A stretch of DNA of 51,778 nucleotides from a virus (taxonomy: Duplodnaviria; Caudoviricetes), in IMG/VR virus record IMGVR_UViG_3300032069_000864, positions 1 through 51,778 of that record; one strand, written 5' to 3'. Made by a program: the position numbers and the translations under genes. Below the pieces are notes generated by a model. The model did not search any database. It saw only the letters and a list, made by a program, of their open reading frames with translations, and was not told the origin of the DNA. Positions 44,674-51,778 of this stretch are shown here, piece by piece; position 1 is the stretch's first letter; each line of letters begins with the position of its first letter.

Positions 44674-47600
44674 CCGCCCCGCGGGAATCGCTGGTCATGC
44701 TCCAGGCTCTCCGTGATGATCTCGGTCACGACGCGCGCCAGGTCTTCCTTGCGTCCCTGCGGCACGGCAATATCACCGATCCGTTCCCCGTTGTAGTACA
44801 GGTTCACCGTGGTCGGACCTCCACCGGATGTGCCCGCCGTGGCGGTTGCCGGCACCATGCCAGCATTGCCGCCCTGCATCGCCCTCTGGAGTTGCTGCTT
44901 CCAGGCTTCTGCCATCTGGTTCACGAGGTTGACAATCCCCGTGCCCGCGGTCGCCAGCGCGTCCCTCCAGGTCTTCGCCTCGGTCTCGATGTGCCCAATG
45001 GTCAGGTCGTGCTCTCGCTGTCTCGCCGCGAATTCCTCGGCCTGCCGTGCGTGGACTTCCTGCTGCGCATCGAGGGAGATACGCATGACGTCCTGCAGGA
45101 TCGCCTCAATCTCATCGCGGCTGATCTGCCCTCCCTGGTACGCCGCGAGCCCCGCCTCGCGTATCTGCTTCGCCCAGTCGAGTCGCGCCTCGGCTGGCAT
45201 CGCCCCCTGCCCCGCCTCTGCCATCGCCCGGGCCTGGTCCTTCAACTTCTCCTGTTGCGCCCAGTTGGGACCCGCGCCCGCCCCCTCTGCCTGGGCCACC
45301 AGGACATCGTATAGCGGTTTCCACGATCCCGCCCCAGCTCCGCCAGGCCCCATAGTTCGCAGTATTTCCAGCCGCTCTTTGGCCTGGTTCGCCTCGATGC
45401 TCCCGGCTTCTTCGCCCGCCACCTTCCTCCGGTCCGCCTCGCCCTGCAGCACCAGATCAATCACCGCGAGCCGATGCTGATACATCTCCGTCCAGTGGTC
45501 GGCCTCTTCCCTCGTCCAGCGCACTCGCTCTTCATGCGCCTGCTTCTCCCGCTCGCGGATTCCCTCCGTTAAGCGCGTCCGCTCCTCGAAGATCGTCTTG
45601 GTAAGTTCGCGCTCGCGCTGCAGCAACTCGGTGGACGGCTTGGCCCCGAAGTTCTGATTCTCCCGGCGCAACCACTGCACCATCTGCACCAGTTGCTTGA
45701 GCCAGGCGCCCAGGGACATCTGCCCCGATTCCTTAAGGGCATCCGCTGCATCGCGCCACGCCGAGGTCTCCCGTTCCAGACCGTTGATCCGCTCGTCCCG
45801 CTCGCGTTTCCCTCTCTCCATGGCCTGCTGGGAGGCCTGCTTCCGTTCCTCTTCGTGGTCCTTCTGTGCCTTCCAAAGGTTGGTTTGTAGATTCAACTCC
45901 GCCGTTCCCCGGGCATCCGCGGCCTTGGTCTCGTTCTCCCCCGCCTCTGTGACCTTCTGCATTTCGCCCAGGTAAGTCCTCACCGCCGCGCGGATTGCCT
46001 TTTCGTACGCGCCGCCCATCCTCTCTCCGCTCGCCTCCCAGGCATCCTGGAATTCCTTGGATCGTTTGCGCAGGTCGCCCAACTTCGGGTCATTGACGAA
46101 CTCACCGATGGCCCGTGTAAACGCGTCGGCCGCCTCGCGAGGCACTCCGAGATTCTTCAGTTCCTGGGCCGCCTGCTTCTCCAATTCGGTCCTGGCGGCG
46201 CGGGCCGCGGCCGCGGCCACCTGATCATCGGCCCGTTTCTTCGCTTCGTCGGCCGACCTGCGGGCCTCCGTGGCCCGCATCTTCTCAGCGACCGTCCTCG
46301 CCTGTTCCTCCCGGTCTTTTAGGTCCTTCTGTCCCTCGCGGATCGCCGCATTCGTCTTCTCAATCGCCTTCCCCAATTCAACCTCACATACCGCCGCTTC
46401 CGCCGCGGCATGTCGCCATTTGTTTTCCTGCGCCGCGCGGTCGGCCTCACTGGTCGCGAGGTTGGGGGCACCCTTGCGGGCCGCTATCCTCTCCGCCTGT
46501 TCGATATATGTCTTCCGCTGCGCGGCCGTCTTAGCCAACTCGGCCTGCAGCTCCCCCCGTCTTCCGATTTCTTCGGCCACCTTCGCGCGTTGCTCCAGTA
46601 TGTAACTCGCCCAGGCCGTTCTTTGCTCCGCGGTCATCTGGGCCGCCATTGTTTGGAGAGGAAATGCCAATCTTCGCTTTCCGGTGTTTGGGTCCACCTT
46701 GGCCCATCCGGACATCACGTCGGCAATATCCGATTCGACCGCCCCTTTCTGCTCGAGTTGCTCTTTCGTCGGCGGTTTCCCGGCGGCCTGGCCCTTCGCG
46801 ATCTCGTCATTAACCTCCTTGAGCTTGGGCAACAGCTCCGCCAAGGCCTCAGTCTGCTTGCGCGTCGCCTCGGCCTGCTTCTCCGCCTCCTCCTTCGCCT
46901 TTTCGACGTGATTCGTCCAGAGCCGCCATACCTCCACCACTCCAAGAATCGCGATCATCATCCAACCGATGGGGCCCAGAGACGCGAAGAACCCTCGCAC
47001 GGCTCCGGCCGCGATGCGAAAGCTCATCGTAAGTCTGGCCGTCGCACCGGTCATGACTGTCACTCCGGCCGCGGTCTGCGTCAAGAGCGAGAAATCCCCC
47101 GGCTTCACTATCTGCCCCAATGCAAACATGCTGGATGCTCCGGGGGCCATCCCGCGCAGCCCGATCATCGGACTCACAGAACCGCGTGCCGTCGCTATAG
47201 CGTTCGCGATGACCGCTGCTCGCGACCCGGCTAGGGCCACCACCAGTTTTCCGAGCAGCGCGATTCCGCCCCTGATATGTGAACCATACGCGAGCCAGGC
47301 CGCGCCGCCCAACGTCACGGCCGCAGTCAGGCCTACCGCGGCCACCATCGTCGTCCGCAATGGCGCTGGGACCGCGGCGATGGCCACCGCGAGCGCGGTC
47401 AATATCCGGCCCGCGAAGGTAAGAACCGGAATCAAATCTGCTCCAAATGCTTCCAGGGCCTGACTGATAGCGGTGCGCATCTGCCTCGACTGCATGGCGA
47501 AAGTGTTCGCGCTCGATGCGAAGGCGCGATCCACAGCGCCCACGGAGTCACTCACCTGCTCCAGCTTTTGGGCGAAGAGCGCGCCATCCTGAGCGGCCAG

Positions 47601-48467
47601 GGCCGCCACGGCCTTGAACGCCCGGGCGCCGCCCGCCATCTGGATCATCGCCTGCTCATCGTCTCCGGCCGCATCGGTGAGGAACTGGATCGCGCCGGCC
47701 AGACCCCGCGCCTCGACCAGCGCCTGCCCCGAAGCATAGCCGGCCTGGGAGAGGGCCGCCTTGAGTTGCGCGCTCGGGTTGCTCAACTTGACCATGACCA
47801 TGTTGAGGCCCATCAGGCTGTTTTCCGCGTCGTACCCGACCGTGGTCATCGTCGCCAGAGCGGCCGCGAGCTGGTTATACCCGATCCCCAACTGGGACGC
47901 GACCGGAACGACGCCTCTCAGTGCGGCCATCAGGTCCTGGAACGACATGCGCCCGACCTGGCTGGCCCGGAGCAGGGTATCCATCGAAGCCGCGGCCTGT
48001 TCCACGCTGAGTCCATAGGCCCGCATCACCGAAACCTGGGTATCCGCGACCGTCGCCATGTCGGCCCCGCCCGCGACGGCCGCTCGGGTCGCGGATTCCA
48101 GGACCTTCATGCCCTCCGCTCCGCTCACCCCGGCTCGCGCGATATTGGCGAGGCTGCCGGCCAGTGCTTCGTCTGCCACTCCGGTGGCCCGGGCCAGACT
48201 GTGAAGTTGCTCGGCCGTCGCCTCTAGTTCGGCCTCGGTCAACTGCAGGACCTTGAGCATGTCGGTGAGCGCGGTCTGCATCTGGGCCGCTTCGCGGGAG
48301 GCCAGGCCCATCCCCGCAGCCGCTGCGCCGCCGATCGCCGTAAGGAGCATGATGACCTGCCCGACGTGTTGGGCGTGCTGCTGCAGCAGGCTTTGGGCTT
48401 TCCCCAGACCTGTCTGGAAGTCCGTCAGGTCCAGCCGCATCCTGGCGACGATCTCTCCGACCATCAT
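44670..48467 (-). CDS. Tail tape measure protein (TP901 family)
   Basis: MVGEIVARMRLD..DF start, TP901 core (AAVAGGADMATVAD..VSVMRAYGL, GRMSFQDL), hydrophobic segments, long helical region, about 1265 aa. Confidence 0.93.
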   Translation of the reverse strand: MMVGEIVARMRLDLTDFQTGLGKAQSLLQQHAQHVGQVIMLLTAIGGAAAAGMGLASREAAQMQTALTDMLKVLQLTEAELEATAEQLHSLARATGVADEALAGSLANIARAGVSGAEGMKVLESATRAAVAGGADMATVADTQVSVMRAYGLSVEQAAASMDTLLRASQVGRMSFQDLMAALRGVVPVASQLGIGYNQLAAALATMTTVGYDAENSLMGLNMVMVKLSNPSAQLKAALSQAGYASGQALVEARGLAGAIQFLTDAAGDDEQAMIQMAGGARAFKAVAALAAQDGALFAQKLEQVSDSVGAVDRAFASSANTFAMQSRQMRTAISQALEAFGADLIPVLTFAGRILTALAVAIAAVPAPLRTTMVAAVGLTAAVTLGGAAWLAYGSHIRGGIALLGKLVVALAGSRAAVIANAIATARGSVSPMIGLRGMAPGASSMFALGQIVKPGDFSLLTQTAAGVTVMTGATARLTMSFRIAAGAVRGFFASLGPIGWMMIAILGVVEVWRLWTNHVEKAKEEAEKQAEATRKQTEALAELLPKLKEVNDEIAKGQAAGKPPTKEQLEQKGAVESDIADVMSGWAKVDPNTGKRRLAFPLQTMAAQMTAEQRTAWASYILEQRAKVAEEIGRRGELQAELAKTAAQRKTYIEQAERIAARKGAPNLATSEADRAAQENKWRHAAAEAAVCEVELGKAIEKTNAAIREGQKDLKDREEQARTVAEKMRATEARRSADEAKKRADDQVAAAAARAARTELEKQAAQELKNLGVPREAADAFTRAIGEFVNDPKLGDLRKRSKEFQDAWEASGERMGGAYEKAIRAAVRTYLGEMQKVTEAGENETKAADARGTAELNLQTNLWKAQKDHEEERKQASQQAMERGKRERDERINGLERETSAWRDAADALKESGQMSLGAWLKQLVQMVQWLRRENQNFGAKPSTELLQRERELTKTIFEERTRLTEGIREREKQAHEERVRWTREEADHWTEMYQHRLAVIDLVLQGEADRRKVAGEEAGSIEANQAKERLEILRTMGPGGAGAGSWKPLYDVLVAQAEGAGAGPNWAQQEKLKDQARAMAEAGQGAMPAEARLDWAKQIREAGLAAYQGGQISRDEIEAILQDVMRISLDAQQEVHARQAEEFAARQREHDLTIGHIETEAKTWRDALATAGTGIVNLVNQMAEAWKQQLQRAMQGGNAGMVPATATAGTSGGGPTTVNLYYNGERIGDIAVPQGRKEDLARVVTEIITESLEHDQRFPRGG

Positions 48468-48496
48468 CGGCCCGTACCTCGCACCATCCCGCCCCC

Positions 48497-48582
48497 AACA
48501 AAAAAGGCGACGAGCTTTGACCAGGAACGCGCGTGCGTCCACTCGTCAAAGCCCGCCGCCTGGCTATGCAGGTTAGCGGGGC
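48497..48582 (-). terminator. Attenuator: antiterminator hairpin overlapping an intrinsic terminator
   Basis: GCCCCGCU-AA-CCUG-CAUAGC-CAGG-C-GGCGGGC (48582-48551) competes with a 17-bp stem (48561-48545 with 48521-48505) plus UUUUUGUU. Confidence 0.7.
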
Positions 48583-48695
48583 GCATCTCCTTCTCTCGTG
48601 CTGATCGCGTACCAGTAGGACTGAGCGAACTCCGCCGAGAGCGAGTCCGAAGGGAACGTGAGGGGGCCACCCCAACGCTCCCGCGCGGCCGCAGT

Positions 48696-48932
48696 CTATT
48701 CCCCGGCCGCCGCCGTGTCAACCACGCGAAGGCCCGCCCCGAGTTGGTATTGAGGTCGGCGGGACAGTACCTCCATCGTTGTTGGCTCGCCACCGCGATA
48801 AGCGATCCGCACTGTGATCTCGCCGTGGCCGCCGAGTTCCTGCCCCTCGCGCGCCAGCGCCGCCGCCAGATCCCGCAACCGGCGCTCTGCGCGCGCCCGC
48901 CGCTGTCCCTCCTCGCCCGTGCTCGTTGCCAC
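48696..48932 (-). CDS. Small DUF2292/YezD-like protein
   Basis: GTG 48932; helix followed by HGEITVRIAYRGGEPTTMEV, resembling the (Y/H)G.V.I..+.G.... beta-hairpin pattern. Confidence 0.5.
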   Translation of the reverse strand: MATSTGEEGQRRARAERRLRDLAAALAREGQELGGHGEITVRIAYRGGEPTTMEVLSRRPQYQLGAGLRVVDTAAAGE

Positions 48933-48940
48933 TGTGCCCC

Positions 48941-49111
48941 CTATCCCACCAACCCCGGGTCCGATTTCCGGTACATGTGCCCCTTGCACCCACACTCATC
49001 GCATTTCGCCTCCCTCACCGCGGTGCCCATGCGGATCACGCTCTCCGTCTCGTTGCCGCAATTGCTGCAGACCGTCTTGACCGTGTAGTGACCTTCCTGC
49101 GTTTCTGGCAT
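48941..49111 (-). CDS. Small zinc-ribbon protein (56 aa)
   Basis: Manual translation MPETQEGHYTVKTVCSNCG...KCDECG; AAGGAG RBS. Confidence 0.7.
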   Translation of the reverse strand: MPETQEGHYTVKTVCSNCGNETESVIRMGTAVREAKCDECGCKGHMYRKSDPGLVG

Positions 49112-49112
49112 T

Positions 49113-49985
49113 TCAGCTCCTTTGTTCCTCCGTGTCGCCGCCCAACTGGCGACTGCCCCTCTTCCGTACCTGCCAGGCGATCCCGGCCGCGATCACCCGG
49201 TCGTCGTGCGCGTCCGGCGCGGCCTCGCCGTCTCCCCGATCGGTGACGATGAAGCTCATGCACTCGTCCAGCAGCCCGGCCGACCGGATCCCGATGTGCT
49301 GGCCGGCTATCGCGGCCGCGAGATCGTCAATCAGAATCGGTCTGGTCTGCACATCGGTTGGCCAGCCCAGGATCGCCACGGCCTTCTTCCCCGCGTCGTA
49401 CCGGACATGCCGGTAGAGCCGCGGATAGCGGCAGACATTCCGAAGCGTGTTGAGCGTCGAGTGCCCATGGTTGTTCCGCTCGACCGCGAGTTGCGCCATG
49501 CGATACCAACGCCCCACGCCCGACAGCAGCAACGCGAAGCGATCGGGAGCCACCCATCCGTGCAGTTCTGCGACCTGTTCGCCGCTACGCCGATCAAGGA
49601 CGCAGGCCGCGCTCGCATCTCGTCCCTCGATACCCTCGCCCACATCTGCCCCGATGACGTAGGAGCGGTTCACCGCCGGCCGGGACCAGACCATGAGCCG
49701 CGCCGGCGCCACCGCCAGATCACGGCCGCGCGATCTGGGCAGTGTCGGCACGATCTCGGGCGCAAGACCCTGGGCCTTCGCTGCCAGCGCCTTGAGCGCG
49801 TCCACATCGAAACGCTGCCCGCCGCTCGCGAGGAAACAGTCCACGTCGGACTCCGGATACTGCTCCGGGAAGCGGCGCCGCAGTTCCTGTTGCTTCTGCC
49901 GACGCCATGCGATCTGGCCAAGCGAGAGGCCATGGATTCGGATCAGCTCGAGTTCCTCGGCGTTGAGCGGCAGGACCGCGGTCAC
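49113..49985 (-). CDS. terL: Terminase large subunit, C-terminal nuclease half
   Basis: FPEQYP, YVIGADVGEG, VERNNHG, HDDRVIA. Confidence 0.88.
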   Translation of the reverse strand: MTAVLPLNAEELELIRIHGLSLGQIAWRRQKQQELRRRFPEQYPESDVDCFLASGGQRFDVDALKALAAKAQGLAPEIVPTLPRSRGRDLAVAPARLMVWSRPAVNRSYVIGADVGEGIEGRDASAACVLDRRSGEQVAELHGWVAPDRFALLLSGVGRWYRMAQLAVERNNHGHSTLNTLRNVCRYPRLYRHVRYDAGKKAVAILGWPTDVQTRPILIDDLAAAIAGQHIGIRSAGLLDECMSFIVTDRGDGEAAPDAHDDRVIAAGIAWQVRKRGSRQLGGDTEEQRS

Positions 49986-50821
49986 ACCCGTACCTCCATT
50001 CCAACCCTCCGGAGTTGCTCGCTCCAGACCTCAACCTGCTCGGCGGTGGGATCGCTTCGATACTCTGTATGCTCGTGCCAGGTGTAGAAGTGGGGAATGA
50101 ACCTGCCCTCTCCATCCCGGGCCGCCTTCCACAGCGTATGGAAATGGTTGCCCACTCCGTTGGCCGTGCTTTCCATCACGATCCGGCCGCCAGCCGGAAC
50201 CGCCTGCAGCAGTCCGACCAGCGCCTCTTCTGGATGGGTCCAGCGGGCCACCTCCGAGCAGTGCAGGTTGTGGATCGTCAGTCCGTGTCCGAACCGACCA
50301 GATCCGGCCGCGCCGACCCAGAACCGGCTCCCGATCGCCGGCCACGCGATCTCCCGCTTGTTGTCCCGGTTTGGACGACCGGCCCGGGCCTTCTCTCGCT
50401 CTGGCAGCCGTGCCCAGAAGAGTTGGGCGATCTCGAAGATCTTCTGCGCAGATTCCAGGTCGTGGGCCACCAACGCAGATGTGGTGTTCGGACGGAGCAG
50501 GCAGTCCGCGAACCAGAGCCCCTCCACGAAGGTGGTGATCCCCTCCTGCCGGGCCTTGAGGATCAGATCGGCGGACGTGCGATATTGGTTATAGTCTCGC
50601 TGGATGTCGTTCAGGATGAAGGGGATGATCCGCCGTTGCTTGTCGCGAATCCAGAGGTTATGCTCGATCCAGTCGGTTGGGTCTGCGCGCAGTCGAAGCA
50701 GGCTTTCGAGGCGCTCGGCCAACCTTGCCCTGGCCGCCGGTGCTCCGTCCAGCGCCGCGGAGTAAGGCGAGGAGCTGGTCTGCCTCCTCGTCGGTGAGAT
50801 CACGCTCCCGGCCAGACTCAT
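49982..50821 (-). CDS. terL: Terminase large subunit, N-terminal ATPase half
   Basis: LN.IQ, ILKARQEGITT, LHCSEVA, ESTANG; GGAGGAGGTG RBS before ATG 50821. Confidence 0.9.
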   Translation of the reverse strand: MSLAGSVISPTRRQTSSSPYSAALDGAPAARARLAERLESLLRLRADPTDWIEHNLWIRDKQRRIIPFILNDIQRDYNQYRTSADLILKARQEGITTFVEGLWFADCLLRPNTTSALVAHDLESAQKIFEIAQLFWARLPEREKARAGRPNRDNKREIAWPAIGSRFWVGAAGSGRFGHGLTIHNLHCSEVARWTHPEEALVGLLQAVPAGGRIVMESTANGVGNHFHTLWKAARDGEGRFIPHFYTWHEHTEYRSDPTAEQVEVWSEQLRRVGMEVRV

Positions 50822-51227
50822 CGAAGATCACCTCCTCCGGCACGCGCTCGAGTAGCCCCAATGACTGGAGTATTTCGATGCGACGAGAGATGGCCTGCCC
50901 GAGCACGCTCAGGAACTTCGCGCGGGTTGCAGACCCCGGTTCAGCCGCCAGTAGATCGCCCCAGGCCTGCCGGCAGAGCGCGTCGCATTCCTCGATCACG
51001 TCAATCCCAGCCTGGAGGGCCGCGTCTTGTGCGGCTTGGCTGCGCCGGAAGTGATCGGTTCGGGCAGCACGCATCTCCGCCAAGTCGGCCTCGACCGTGC
51101 TCATGCAGACTCCGACTGCCTTGACGATCTCGGAGATGTCCAGCTTCTGGACCACGCGGAGCCGCCAGACTCTCCATCTCCGCTCTCGGATCGCTTGCTG
51201 CTTTTCAGCCGAGGTGACTCTGGCCAT
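50658..51227 (-). CDS. terS: Terminase small subunit-like HTH protein
   Basis: RERRWRVWRLR......SEI.KAVGV..STVEADL HTH; precedes and overlaps TerL by 164 nt. Confidence 0.7.
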   Translation of the reverse strand: MARVTSAEKQQAIRERRWRVWRLRVVQKLDISEIVKAVGVCMSTVEADLAEMRAARTDHFRRSQAAQDAALQAGIDVIEECDALCRQAWGDLLAAEPGSATRAKFLSVLGQAISRRIEILQSLGLLERVPEEVIFDESGRERDLTDEEADQLLALLRGAGRSTGGQGKVGRAPRKPASTARRPNRLDRA

Positions 51228-51247
51228 AGAATTCCCGAGATCTCCAG

Positions 51248-51778
51248 TTATCTCCGACCGCGCGCCGCCTTCCGACCGGCCTTCTTGCCCGTGAAAGCCT
51301 CCCAGCGGCTCACAATCACGTCCGTGTAGAGCGGGTCGATCTCCATCAGGAACGCCCGCCGGCCGATCTGCTCCGCCCGCTCGAGCAACTCCCGCAGTTC
51401 CTTCTCCCCGAAGGCGCTGGCGAAAAGCATGTCCTCCTGCTCGAGGACCCGCAACTGCTTCGCCAGCTCCTCCTCGTCCCACGAGGAGAACTCATGCGTT
51501 CGGTTGTCAGCGATGCCATAGGCAATCGCGGTCAGCTTGTCGTCGCTCACCCAGATCACCGGGACCTCTGTCAGTCCCAGCTCCCGGGCCGCCTTGTACC
51601 GAGTGTTCCCGGCCTCGATCAGTTTCGTCTTCCGGTTCGCCACGAGCGGCTGTCGGAAGCCGAACCGGTCGATGCTGGCCTTGACTGCCGCTACGGCCTG
51701 GTCATTCACCCTGGGGTTCTTCGGGTTCAGCTTCACGGCCCCGATCGGAACCCACTCGACGGCAATGCGCGATTCCAT
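51248..51778 (-). CDS. ParB N-terminal domain protein with a remnant methyltransferase C-terminus
   Basis: NPKNPR.N......SI.RFGF.QPL...AGNTR..AA..LG...VPV...IADNR, fused directly to AEQIGRRAFLMEIDPLYTDVIVSRWEAFTGKKA. Confidence 0.85.
   Translation of the reverse strand: MESRIAVEWVPIGAVKLNPKNPRVNDQAVAAVKASIDRFGFRQPLVANRKTKLIEAGNTRYKAARELGLTEVPVIWVSDDKLTAIAYGIADNRTHEFSSWDEEELAKQLRVLEQEDMLFASAFGEKELRELLERAEQIGRRAFLMEIDPLYTDVIVSRWEAFTGKKAGRKAARGRR

Noticed and set aside
50658-50821. TerS-TerL fusion by frameshift
   Set aside because: ATG 50821 has a strong GGAGGAGGTG Shine-Dalgarno, so a simple gene overlap explains it.

Overview
The window looks like a near-complete genome of a high-GC, probably temperate, siphovirus-like phage or prophage. 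Almost all genes are on the minus strand. Reading from the right end: a ParB-like ORF, terminase small subunit, a terminase large subunit split into two ORFs, a tape measure gene placed out of order before the portal, portal, a minor head (MuF-like) protein with a C-terminal PBECR-type RNase-like domain, scaffold, major capsid, neck/tail genes with a -1 frameshift chaperone pair, holin/amidase, tail fibre and a secreted subtilase. Next come a CI/Cro switch and an early operon (putative SSAP, SbcD/SbcC, SNF2 helicase, Rep, DnaC-like loader, HerA-like ATPase, MmcB-like nuclease, radical SAM enzyme, and an N4/N6 DNA methyltransferase that runs off the left edge). No integrase is visible. The two most interesting signals are non-coding. 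(1) An 84-nt tRNA-shaped, possibly pseudoknotted RNA with its own convergent promoter sits directly behind the RNase-toxin-like head gene, a candidate RNA antitoxin or decoy. (2) Two matching antiterminator/terminator switches lie upstream of the tape-measure gene and the capsid operon, one just downstream of a small DUF2292/YezD-like gene, suggesting a late-gene antitermination system. All family assignments come from motif recognition by eye; no database searches were run.
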